A DNA stretch of 64,000 nucleotides, taken from Macrostomum lignano (taxonomy: Eukaryota). The notes under the pieces were generated by a model. It saw nothing but the letters and a program-made list of their open reading frames with translations, was not told where the DNA came from and did not search any database. Each line of letters starts with the position of its first letter. Position 1 is the stretch's first letter. The translations under genes and the position numbers were made by a program. Positions 1 to 12,889 of this stretch are shown one piece after another. The stretch covers positions 168,578-232,577 of the forward strand of contig NIVC01001833.1 in NCBI GenBank assembly GCA_002269645.1. Direction: 5' to 3'.

Positions 1-3000
1 CCTAACTGAGAATCTCCCCATGGGATCCTAGATCCTCCTTCCTAACTGAGAATCTCCCCATGGGATCCTAGATCCTCATTCCTAACTGAGAATCTCCCCA
101 TGGGATCCTAGACCTAGATCCTCATTCCCAACTGAGAATCTCCCTATGGGATCCTAGATCCTCATTCCCAACTGAGAATCTCCCCATCGGATCCTAGATC
201 CTCCTTCCTAACTGAGAATCTCCCCATGGGATCCTAGATCCTCATTCCCAACTGAGAATCTCCCCATGGGATCCTAGATCCTCATTCCCAACTGAGAATC
301 TCCCCATGGGATCCTATAGATCCTCATTCCTAACTGAGAATCTCCCCATGGGATCCTAGATCCTCATTCCCAACTGAGAATCTCCCCATGGGATCCTATA
401 GATCCTCATTCCTAACTGAGAATCTCCCCATGGGATCCTAGATCCTCATTCCCAACTGAGAATCTCCCCATGGGATCCTAGATCCTCATTCCCAACTGAG
501 AATCTCCCCATGGGATCCTATAGATCCTCATTCCTAACTGAGAATCTCCCCATGGGATCCTAGATCCTCATTCCCAACTGAGAATCTCCCCATGGGATCC
601 TAGATCCTCCTTCCTAACTGAGAATCTCCCCAATGGATCCTAGATCCTCCTTCCTAACTGAGAATCTCCCCATGGGATCCTAGATCCTCCTTCCTAACTG
701 AGAATCTCCCCATGGGATCCTAGATCCTCATTCCTAACTGAGAATCTCCCCATGGGATCCTAGACCTAGATCCTCATTCCCAACTGAGAATCTCCCTATG
801 GGATCCTAGATCCTCATTCCCAACTGAGAATCTCCCCATCGGATCCTAGATCCTCCTTCCTAACTGAGAATCTCCCCATGGGATCCTAGATCCTCATTCC
901 CAACTGAGAATCTCCCCATGGGATCCTAGATCCTCATTCCCAACTGAGAATCTCCCCATGGGATCCTATAGATCCTCATTCCTAACTGAGAATCTCCCCA
1001 TGGGATCCTAGATCCTCATTCCCAACTGAGAATCTCCCCATGGGATCCTATAGATCCTCATTCCCAACTGAGAATCTCCCCATGGGATCCTAGATCCTCA
1101 TTCCCAACTGAGAATCTCCCCATGGGATCCTAGATCCTCATTCCCAACTGAGAATCTCCCTATGGGATACTAAATCCTAATTCCCAACTGAGAATCTCCC
1201 CATGGGATCCTATAGATCCTCATTCCCAACTGAGAATCTCCCCATGGGATCCTAGATCCTCATTCCCAACTGAGAATCTCCCTATGGGATCCTAGATCCT
1301 CATTCCCAACTGAGAATCTCCCCATGGGATCCTAGATCCTCATTCCCAACTGAGAATCTCCCCATCGGATCCTAGATCCTCCTTCCTAACTGAGAATCTC
1401 CCCATGGGATCCTAGATCCTCATTCCCAACTGAGAATCTCCCCATGGGATCCTAGATCCTCATTCCCAACTGAGAATCTCCCCATGGGATCCTAGATCCT
1501 CATTCCCAACTGAGAATCTCCACATGGGATCCTATAGATCCTCATTCCTAACTGAGAATCTCCCCATGGGATCCTAGATCCTCATTCCCAACTGAGAATC
1601 TCCCCATGGGATCCTATAGATCCTCATTCCCAACTGAGAATCTCCCCATGGGATCCTAGATCCTCATTCCCAACTGAGAATCTCCCCATGGGATCCTATA
1701 GATCCTCATTCCCAACTGAGAATCTCCCTATGGGATACTAAATCCTAATTCCCAACTGAGAATCTCCCCATGGGATCCTATAGATCCTCATTCCCAACTG
1801 AGAATCTCCCCATGGGATCCTATAGATCCTCATTCCCAACTGAGAATCTCCCTATGGGATCCTAGATCCTCATTCCCAACTGAGAATCTCCCCATGGGAT
1901 CCTAGATCCTCATTCCCAACTGAGAATCTCCCCATCGGATCCTAGATCCTCCTTCCTAACTGAGAATCTCCCCATGGGATCCTAGATCCTCATTCCCAAC
2001 TGAGAATCTCCCCATGGGATCCTAGATCCTCATTCCCAACTGAGAATCTCCCCATGGGATCCTATAGATCCTCATTCCTAACTGAGAATCTCCCCATGGG
2101 ATCCTAGATCCTCATTACCAACTGAGTATCTCCCAATGGGATCCTAGACACTCATTCCCAACTGAGAATCTCCCCATGGGATCCTAGATCCTCATTACCA
2201 ACTGAGAATCTCCCCATGGGATCCTAGATCCTCATTCCCAACTGAGAATCTCCCCATGGGATCCTAGATCCTCATTCCCAACTGAGAATCTCCCTATGGG
2301 ATCTAATCCTCATTCCCAACTGAGAATCTCCCCATGGGATCCTAGATCCTCATTCCCAACTGAGAATCTCCCCATCGGATCCTAGATCCTCCTTCCTAAC
2401 TGAGAATCTCCCCATGGGATCCTAGATCCTCATTCCCAACTGAGAATCTCCCCATCGGATCCTAGATCCTCCTTCCTAACTGAGAATCTCCCCATGGGAT
2501 CCTAGATCCTCATTCCCAACTGAGAATCTCCCCATGGGATCCTAGATCCTCATTCCCAACTGAGAATCTCCCTATGGGATACTAAATCCTAATTCCCAAC
2601 TGAGAATCTCCCCATGGGATCCTATAGATCCTCATTCCCAACTGAGAATCTCCCCATGGGATCCTAGATCCTCATTCCCAACTGAGAATCTCCCTATGGG
2701 ATCCTAGATCCTCATTCCCAACTGAGAATCTCCCCATGGGATCCTAGATCCTCATTCCCAACTGAGAATCTCCCCATGGGATCCTAGATCCTCATTCCTA
2801 ACTGAGAATCTCCCCATGGGATCCTAGATCCTCATTCCCAACTGAGAATCTCCCCATGGGATCCTAGATCCTCATTCCCAACTGAGAATCTCCCCATGGG
2901 ATCCTATAGATCCTCATTCCTAACTGAGAATCTCCCCATGGGATCCTAGATCCTCATTCCCAACTGAGAATCTCCCCATGGGATCCTAGATCCTCATTCC

Positions 3001-6000
3001 CAACTGAGAATCTCCCCATGGGATCCTAGATCCTCATTCCAACTGAGAATCTCCCCATGGGATCCTAGATCCTCATTCCCAACTGAGAATCTCCCCATGG
3101 GATCCTAGATCCTCATTCCCAACTGAGAATCTCCCTATGGGATCTAATCCTCATTCCCAACTGAGAATCTCCCCATGGGATCCTAGATCCTCATTCCCAA
3201 CTGAGAATCTCCCCATGGGATCCTAGATCCTCATTCCTAACTGAGAATCTCCCCATGGGATCCTAGATCCTCATTCCCAACTGAGAATCTCCCCATGGGA
3301 TCCTAGATCCTCATTCCCAACTGAGAATCTCCCCATGGGATCCTATAGATCCTCATTCCTAACTGAGAATCTCCCCATGGGATCCTAGATCCTCATTCCC
3401 AACTGAGAATCTCCCCATGGGATCCTAGATCCTCATTCCCAACTGAGAATCTCCCCATGGGATCCTAGATCCTCATTCCCAACTGAGAATCTCCCCATGG
3501 GATCCTATAGATCCTCATTCCCAACTGAGAATCTCCCTATGGGATCCTAAATCCTCATTCCCAACTGAGAATCTCCCCATGGGATCCTATAGATCCTCAT
3601 TCCCAACTGAGAATCTCCCCATGGGATCCTAGATCCTCATTCCCAACTGAGAATCTCCCCATGGGATCCTAGATCCTCATTCCCAACTGAGAATCTCCCC
3701 ATGGGATCCTAGATCCTCATTCCCAACTGAGAATCTCCCCATGGGATCCTAGATCCTCATTCCCAACTGAGAATCTCCCCATGGGATCCTAGATCCTCAT
3801 TCCAACTGAGAATCTCCCCATGGGATCCTAGATCCTCATTCCCAACTGAGAATCTCCCCATGGGATCCTAGATCCTCATTCCCAACTGAGAATCTCCCCA
3901 TGGGATCCTAGATCCTCATTCCCAACTGAGAATCTCCCCATGGGATCCTAGATCCTCATTCCCAACTGAGAATCTCCCCATGGGATCCTAGATCCTCATT
4001 CCCAACTGAGAATCTCCCCATGGGATCCTAGATCCTCATTCCCAACTGAGAATCTCCCCATGGGATCCTAGATCCTCATTCCCAACTGAGAATCTCCCCA
4101 TGGGATCCTAGATCCTCATTCCCAACTGAGAATCTCCCCATGGGATCCTAGATCCTCATTCCCAACTGAGAATCTCCCCATCGGATCCTAGATCCTCCTT
4201 CCTAACTGAGAATCTCCCCATGGGATCCTAGATCCTCATTCCCAACTGAGAATCTCCCCATGGGATCCTAGATCCTCATTCCCAACTGAGAATCTCCCCA
4301 TGGGATCCTAGATCCTCATTCCCAACTGAGAATCTCCCCATGGGATCCTAGATCCTCATTCCCAACTGAGAATCTCCCCATGGGATCCTAGATCCTCATT
4401 CCCAACTGAGAATCTCCCCATGGGATCCTATAGATCCTCATTCCCAACTGAGAATCTCCCCATGGGATCCTAGATCCTCATTCCCAACTGAGAATCTCCC
4501 CATCGGATCCTAGATCCTCATTCCTAACTGAGAATCTCCCCATGGGATCCTAGATCCTCATTCCCAACTGAGAATCTCCCCATGGGATCCTAGATCCTCA
4601 TTCCCAACTGAGAATCTCCCCATGGGATCCTAGATCCTCATTCCTAACTGAGAATCTCCCCATGGGATCCTAGATCCTCATTCCCAACTGAGAATCTCCC
4701 CATGGGATCCTAGATCCTCATTCCCAACTGAGAATCTCCCCATGGGATCCTAGATCCTCATTCCAACTGAGAATCTCCCCATGGGATCCTAGATCCTCAT
4801 TCCCAACTGAGAATCTCCCCATGGGATCCTAGATCCTCATTCCCAACTGAGAATCTCCCCATGGGATCCTAGATCCTCATTCCCAACTGAGAATCTCCCC
4901 ATGGGATCCTAGATCCTCATTCCCAACTGAGAATCTCCCCATGGGATCCTAGATCCTCATTCCCAACTGAGAATCTCCCCATGGGATCCTAGATCCTCAT
5001 TCCCAACTGAGAATCTCCCCATGGGATCCTAGATCCTCATTCCCAACTGAGAATCTCCCCATGGGATCCTAGATCCTCATTCCCAACTGAGAATCTCCCC
5101 ATGGGATCCTAGATCCTCATTCCCAACTGAGAATCTCCCCATGGGATCCTAGATCCTCCCCAACTGAGAATCTCCCCATGGGATCCTAGATCCTCATTCC
5201 CAACTGAGAATCTCCCCATGGGATCCTAGATCCTCATTCCCAACTGAGAATCTCCCCATGGGATCCTAGATCCTCATTCCTAACTGAGAATCTCCCCATG
5301 GGATCCTAGATCCTCATTCCCAACTGAGAATCTCCCCATGGGATCCTAGATCCTCATTCCCAACTGAGAATCTCCCCATGGGATCCTAGATCCTCATTCC
5401 CAACTGAGAATCTCCCCATGGGATCCTAGATCCTCATTCCCAACTGAGAATCTCCCCATGGGATCCTATAGATCCTCATTCCCAACTGAGAATCTCCCCA
5501 TGGGATCCTAGATCCTCATTCCCAACTGAGAATCTCCCCATGGGATCCTATAGATCCTCATTCCCAACTGAGAATCTCCCTATGGGATCCTAGATCCTCA
5601 TTCCCAACTGAGAATCTCCCCATGGGATCCTAGATCCTCATTCCCAACTGAGAATCTCCCCATGGGATCCTAGATCCTCATTCCCAACTGAGAATCTCCC
5701 CATGGGATCCTAGATCCTCATTCCCAACTGAGAATCTCCCCATGGGATCCTAGATCCTCATTCCCAACTGAGAATCTCCCCATGGGATCCTAGATCCTCA
5801 TTCCAACTGAGAATCTCCCCATGGGATCCTAGATCCTCATTCCCAACTGAGAATCTCCCCATGGGATCCTAGATCCTCATTCCCAACTGAGAATCTCCCC
5901 ATGGGATCCTAGATCCTCATTCCAACTGAGAATCTCCCCATGGGATCCTAGATCCTCATTCCCAACTGAGAATCTCCCCATGGGATCCTAGATCCTCATT

Positions 6001-8050
6001 CCCAACTGAGAATCTCCCCATGGGATCCTAGATCCTCATTCCCAACTGAGAATCTCCCCATGGGATCCTAGATCCTCATTCCCAACTGAGAATCTCCCCA
6101 TGGGATCCTAGATCCTCATTCCCAACTGAGAATCTCCCCATGGGATCCTAGATCCTCATTCCCAACTGAGAATCTCCCCATGGGATCCTAGATCCTCATT
6201 CCCAACTGAGAATCTCCCCATGGGATCCTAGATCCTCATTCCCAACTGAGAATCTCCCCATGGGATCCTAGATCCTCATTCCCAACTGAGAATCTCCCCA
6301 TGGGATCCTAGATCCTCATTCCCAACTGAGAATCTCCCCATGGGATCCTAGATCCTCATTCCCAACTGAGAATCTCCCCATGGGATCCTAGATCCTCATT
6401 CCCAACTGAGAATCTCCCCATGGGATCCTAGATCCTCATTCCCAACTGAGAATCTCCCCATGGGATCCTAGATCCTCATTCCCAACTGAGAATCTCCCCA
6501 TGGGATCCTAGATCCTCATTCCTAACTGAGAATCTCCCCATGGGATCCTAGATCCTCATTCCCAACTGAGAATCTCCCCATGGGATCCTAGATCCTCATT
6601 CCCAACTGAGAATCTCCCCATGGGATCCTAGATCCTCATTCCTAACTGAGAATCTCCCCATGGGATCCTAGATCCTCATTCCCAACTGAGAATCTCCCCA
6701 TGGGATCCTAGATCCTCATTCCCAACTGAGAATCTCCCCATGGGATCCTAGATCCTCATTCCAACTGAGAATCTCCCCATGGGATCCTAGATCCTCATTC
6801 CCAACTGAGAATCTCCCCATGGGATCCTAGATCCTCATTCCCAACTGAGAATCTCCCCATGGGATCCTAGATCCTCATTCCCAACTGAGAATCTCCCCAT
6901 GGGATCCTAGATCCTCATTCCCAACTGAGAATCTCCCCATGGGATCCTAGATCCTCATTCCCAACTGAGAATCTCCCCATGGGATCCTAGATCCTCATTC
7001 CCAACTGAGAATCTCCCCATGGGATCCTAGATCCTCATTCCCAACTGAGAATCTCCCCATGGGATCCTAGATCCTCATTCCCAACTGAGAATCTCCCCAT
7101 GGGATCCTAGATCCTCATTCCCAACTGAGAATCTCCCCATGGGATCCTAGATCCTCATTCCCAACTGAGAATCTCCCCATGGGATCCTAGATCCTCATTC
7201 CCAACTGAGAATCTCCCCATGGGATCCTAGATCCTCATTCCCAACTGAGAATCTCCCTATGGGATCCTAGATCCTCATTCCCAACTGAGAATCTCCCCAT
7301 GGGATCCTAGATCCTCATTCCCAACTGAGAATCTCCCCATGGGATCCTAGATCCTCATTCCCAACTGAGAATCTCCCCATGGGATCCTAGATCCTCATTC
7401 CCAACTGAGAATCTCCCCATGGGATCCTAGATCCTCATTCCCAACTGAGAATCTCCCCATGGGATCCTAGATCCTCATTCCTAACTGAGAATCTCCCCAT
7501 GGGATCCTAGATCCTCATTCCCAACTGAGAATCTCCCCATGGGATCCTAGATCCTCATTCCCAACTGAGAATCTCCCCATGGGATCCTAGATCCTCATTC
7601 CCAACTGAGAATCTCCCCATGGGATCCTAGATCCTCATTCCCAACTGAGAATCTCCCCATGGGATCCTAGATCCTCATTCCCAACTGAGAATCTCCCCAT
7701 GGGATCCTAGATCCTCATTCCCAACTGAGAATCTCCCCATGGGATCCTAGATCCTCATTCCCAACTGAGAATCTCCCCATGGGATCCTAGATCCTCATTC
7801 CCAACTGAGAATCTCCCCATGGGATCCTAGATCCTCATTCCCAACTGAGAATCTCCCCATGGGATCCTAGATCCTCATTCCCAACTGAGAATCTCCCCAT
7901 GGGATCCTAGATCCTCATTCCCAACTGAGAATCTCCCCATGGGATCCTAGATCCTCATTCCCAACTGAGAATCTCCCCATGGGATCCTAGATCCTCATTC
8001 CCAACTGAGAATCTCCCCATGGGATCCTAGATCCTCATTCCCAACTGAGA
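1..8050. repeat. 40-bp tandem satellite (CCCAACTGAGAATCTCCCCATGGGATCCTAGATCCTCATT), about 200 copies, continues beyond left edge
   Basis: Directly visible unit with NcoI (CCATGG) and BamHI (GGATCC) sites in most copies. Variant-rich on the left, nearly homogeneous from about 6 kb, degenerates at about 8050. Confidence 0.98.
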
Positions 8051-8429
8051 ATTCTCCCCTCATGGAATTTCCAATAATTTCAAATTCGCTATTGAAGTGG
8101 TGAATCTCGTTTCCCATTTAATAAGGGGATTCTAATTTTCTTAAAGATAGTTATAAAATGTTATAATTAAATTAAAATGTGGGATAAAACGTAATGAGAT
8201 GAGTTAACGGTTGCCAGGAGAGCTAGCGAGGTGTTCAGATGGACTTGGACAAAGCAAATTTTGAACAAAAACTTCATTTCTGACGTATTTGTTACACAAA
8301 ACCGCTTTGCCTAATTAATTAATACATAGCACATCTAAACAACCCACTACCTCACCTCGGTAAATTTGATTAACAAATTAACAACCGATTAAATATATAA
8401 TTATTAATCACTTGTAGTTTCGTTTGGTT

Positions 8430-9700
8430 CGGTTTGCAGCCTTTGCTAAAAAAAACGCCGCATAAGCAAAAATTTCGCAATAAAACAAAACTGGCCCCCT
8501 CGCTTACGCACAGAAGTCTCCGGTGGCGCACAGATTTTTTTCTTAAGCCGACGATTATTAGGCGACGAAAAATTTTGGAGCTCCCGTCCCGTCCCGCCGG
8601 GCCCGCCCCGATTCCGCCCGGCCAGAAAATCGTTGGCGCGTTGCGGGCAAACGGGGGAGGGAGGGCCTTGAAAAGCCATGGAAATATATATATTTTTAAC
8701 CCCCCCCCTCCTGCCCGCAGGGGCTTGTTGGGTTGAGGTTGGGCCCGCCGCCGGCCGGCACCAGGAGGGTATGAGATTTCTACTGTGCAGCGGCGGGGAC
8801 TATGGCGTGGAATTGGGTATAGAGAGCTAGTCTAAAAAACGTTTGGCTGAACGGAGGGGGTTGGGACTGCGAGACTTGCGGGGGCGCGGGTTGGTTGTGC
8901 CTTTGTCTGGGGTGGTGGGCGCAACAACACCCCCGGGCCACCACTCCCCCTCCTCCCCGGCCACCCCCCTCCGCTAAGTGGAGTGGAGGCCCTGGTTGTA
9001 AACTGACGTCAGGTCTATTAATAAAACGTGCTCCCCTCCCCCAGCCGGCCACGGGCCCTGGAGGGTTTGGATAGAGAAGGGAGTTATTACATTGAAGCGA
9101 GAATGGTCCTAGACTTGAACTATATAAAACTGGCAAATCCAAGCGTCGTGCATGTACATACACACACACACACATATACACACCGCGAACACAGTGACGC
9201 CCACCATCCCAAGGCTGCGCAAATAATCACGTGCCCCTCCCCGCAATTTTTTACAGAACTAATACTGACTTTGCGCTTGCGGTTTATGGAAGGGTAAGGG
9301 AGGGGGGGGCAGCGGCGGCGGGTGCGGGACGAGAGGCCGGGACTTGGAAGCCATGCATTTGGCCTGGCTCACTGTCTGGCTTGGGCTAAGAAAGGAACTC
9401 GGTTAGAGAAATTTATCAAGCCCCAGCTGGTCCAGTTCTTCCTTACAGCAAACACCGACCCCCGACCCGTTCTCTCTCCCCTCTCTCAAACGCCCCACCA
9501 AACTAAAACTAAATCAAACCACCCCGCCCGCTGGTGCGGGGAGGGGTGGGAGTCTGACTATCGGGACAGATTTTCAACTTGCAGTTGGGACAGCTGGGAG
9601 ACACCCGCTTGGACTGATCGGCCAATAAGGCTTAATACCTAAAGCCCTACAGTTACAGAGCCTTAACCGCTTTGTGCTAAATATTACGAAATGATCGAAA
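8430..9700. promoter_or_regulatory. GC/CpG-rich unique island, putative promoter or enhancer
   Basis: CpG-rich with GC-box-like runs, perfect CRE palindrome CTGACGTCAG at 9003-9012, TATATAAA at 9121-9128. No convincing protein ORF. Function is inferred. Confidence 0.35.
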
Positions 9701-9812
9701 AACAGACAAAAAACCTAAACCTCTGCTTCCTAGGTTTAAATTTATTAAGGAAACCTCTGCTTATGGAGTCCAGGGCCAGGCATTAGATTTATATTTTGGC
9801 AAGGCCGAAAAC

Positions 9813-10031
9813 CAATGACGGATACACGGGGGTCAAGAGGGTCAGCTGACCCCCTGAGAAAATTAAGGGGGTCATTGACTCCATGGAAATTTGAAACAAA
9901 AATTTTACTGTTTTGTATGTGCAAGGGTTAGAGTCTGGATCTGGACTGAGAGCAAAACATTACTCAATTGCGGCTCCAGGGGGGGTCAGCTGACCCCTGA
10001 CCCCGTAGTGAAAAATCCTGAACCCACCCCC
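9813..10031. mobile_element. MITE-like element with imperfect inverted ends
   Basis: GGGGGTCAAGAGGGTCAGCTGACCCCC near the left end mirrors GGGGGGTCAGCTGACCCCTGACCCC near the right end. No TSD identified. Confidence 0.45.
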
Positions 10032-10037
10032 AGCCCC

Positions 10038-12152
10038 GGCCGCAGGTGAGATTTATCGCCAATTAAGCGCCACAAGTGAGATTTATCGCCAATTAAGCGC
10101 CACAGGTGAGATTTATCGCTAATTAAGCGCCACAGGTGAGACTTATCGTCAATTAAGCGCCGCAGGTGAGATTTATCGTCAATTAAGCGCCGCAGGTGAG
10201 ATTCTAGCTCCGCAGGTGAGATTCTAGCGCCGCAGGTGAGATTCTAGCTCTGCAGGTGAGATTCTAGCTCCGCAGGTGAGATTCTAGCGCCGCAGGTGAG
10301 ATTCTAGCTCTGCAGGTGAGATTCTAGCTCCGCAGGTGAGATTCTAGCTCCGCAGGTGAGATTCTAGCTCCGCAGGTGAGATTCTAGCTCCGCAGGTGAG
10401 ATTCTAGCGCCGCAGGTGAGATTCTAGCGCCGCAAGTGAGATTCTAGCGCCGCAGGTGAGATTCTAGCGCCGCATGTGAGATTCTAGCGCCAATTAAGCG
10501 TCCCAGGTGAGATTCTAGCTCCGCAGATGAGATTCTAGCTCCGCAGATGAGATTCTAGCTCCGTAGGTGAGATTCTAACGCCACAGGTGAGATTCTAGCG
10601 CCGCAGGTGAGATTCTAGCGCCGCAGGTGAGATTCTAGCGCCGCAGGTGAGATTCTAGCTCCGCAGGTGAGATTCTAGCTCCGCAGGTGAGATTCTAGCG
10701 CCGCAGGTGAGATTCTAGCGCCGCAGGTGAGATTCTAGCGCCGCAGTTGAGATTCTAGCGCCTATCAAGCGCCGCATGTGAGATTCTAGCGCCAATCAAG
10801 CGCCGCATGTCATGTGAGATTCTAGCGCCAATTAAGCGTCCCAGGTGAGATTTTAGCGCCACAGGTGAGATTTTAGCGCCGCAGGTGAGATTCTAGCGCC
10901 GCAGGTGAGATTCTAGCGCCGCAGGTGAGATTCTAGCTCCGCAGGTGAGATTCTAGCTCCGCAGGTGAGATTCTAGCGCCGCAGGTGAGATTCTAGCGCC
11001 GCAGTTGAGATTCTAGCGCCGCAGGTGAGATTCTAGCGCCGCAGGTGAGATTCTAGCGCCGCAGTTGAGATTCTAGCGCCGCAGTTGAGATTCTAGCGCC
11101 TATCAAGCGCCGCATGTGAGATTCTAGCGCCAATCAAGCGCCGCATGTCATGTGAGATTCTAGCGCCAATTAAGCGTCCCAGGTGAGATTTTAGCGCCAC
11201 AGGTGAGATTTTAGCGCCGCAGGTGAGATTCTAGCGCCGCAGGTGAGATTCTAGCGCCGCAGGTGAGATTCTAGCGCCACAGGTGAGATTTTAGCGCCGC
11301 AGGTGAGATTCTAGCGCCGCAGGTGAGATTCTAGCGCCGCAGTTGAGATTCTAGCGCCTATCAAGCGCCGCATGTCATGTGAGATTCTAGCGCCAATTAA
11401 GCGTCCCAGGTGAGATTTTAGCGCCACAGGTGAGATTTTAGCGCCGCAGGTGAGATTCTAGCGCCGCAGGTGAGATTCTAGCGCCGCAGGTGAGATTCTA
11501 GCGCCGCAGGTGAGATTCTAGCTCCGCAGGTGAGATTCTAGCGCCGCAGGTGAGATTCTAGCGCCGCAGTTGAGATTCTAGCGCCGCAGGTGAGATTCTA
11601 GCGCCGCAGGTGAGATTCTAGCGCCGCAGTTGAGATTCTAGCGCCGCAGTTGAGATTCTAGCGCCTATCAAGCGCCGCATGTGAGATTCTAGCGCCAATC
11701 AAGCGCCGCATGTCATGTGAGATTCTAGCGCCAATTAAGCGTCCCAGGTGAGATTTTAGCGCCACAGGTGAGATTTTAGCGCCGCAGGTGAGATTCTAGC
11801 GCCGCAGGTGAGATTCTAGCGCCGCAGGTGAGATTCTAGCGCCACAGGTGAGATTTTAGCGCCGCAGGTGAGATTCTAGCGCCACAGGTGAGATTCTAGC
11901 GCCGCAGTTGAGATTCTAGCGCCTATCAAGCGCCGCATGTCATGTGAGATTCTAGCGCCAATTAAGCGTCCCAGGTGAGATTTTAGCGCCACAGGTGAGA
12001 TTCTAGCGCCAATTAAGCGCCGCAGGTGAGATTCTATCGCCAATTAAGCGCCGCAGGTGAGATTCTAGCGCCAATTAAGCGCCACAGATGAGATTCTAGC
12101 GCCAATCAAGCGCCGCAGATGAGATTCTAGCGCCGCAGGTGAGATTCTAGGT
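10038..12152. repeat. 20-bp minisatellite (GCCGCAGGTGAGATTCTAGC) with a higher-order 565-bp duplication
   Basis: Unit visible. Diagnostic variant CCTATCAAGC recurs at 11099/11664 and 11357/11922, both 565 bp apart. Confidence 0.95.
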
Positions 12153-12889
12153 GAGATTTTAGTAACATTTCAATACTGAATATACTATACCCAGTGTACT
12201 GTAAGTATTTTTCTAATCTGGCACTATCCTGCTGTGCGGGTGTGACGCATTAAATTATATAATAGGAATTAGAAGTACATGTATAGTACTATTGTGCAGT
12301 GCACCGTACCGGTGCTCCAGACAGGCGGTCTGAGGGGGGTCTGGGTAAGGGGGGGGTTGGCCAATGAGCCGTATCGTTTTCTATTTTATTCCCTCTCTGA
12401 GCTCTACCTATATAACATTATAGCAAGCCCATAATAAGTAAAACAACAGACAGAGCAAAAACACTTATTCACAGGTTGGCTTAGTGAAGAAAAAACTTGA
12501 GGATAAAAGTATACAAAGATGGAGAATTGACAAGGGGAATCCTACGCTCATATCATGTTGATTGCTTCGTTTACCATCAGGTGCACTATGCACTATTGAA
12601 AGTCCAAAGTGGGACAAGACTGTATAGATAAACATTATAAATGCGAGACTAAGGTGTGATTAGCATTTTAGTTTTTAGCCATATATACATGTTATTTAAG
12701 AAACTAGCGAACTAGCAACGTTAGCTAGACGCTTTAATATATAATAACAGTGTGTACTTACATATTTATAATATTGTTATTGCACACACGATAAGGCAGC
12801 CATCAATGCCTTCAAATATGAGTGTCATAATTTAAATATTGTTTACCGATAAAGCGCTTGGTTAGGTTGGGTTTGGGGCTAGAACATGA

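Noticed and set aside
1-8050. CRISPR-like array
   Set aside because: Contiguous units without unique spacers, no cas genes, eukaryotic context.
8434-9642. Arg/Lys-rich ORFs suggesting a small-virus capsid or endogenous viral element
   Set aside because: Short ORFs with no Rep or capsid motifs; explained by GC-rich non-coding DNA.
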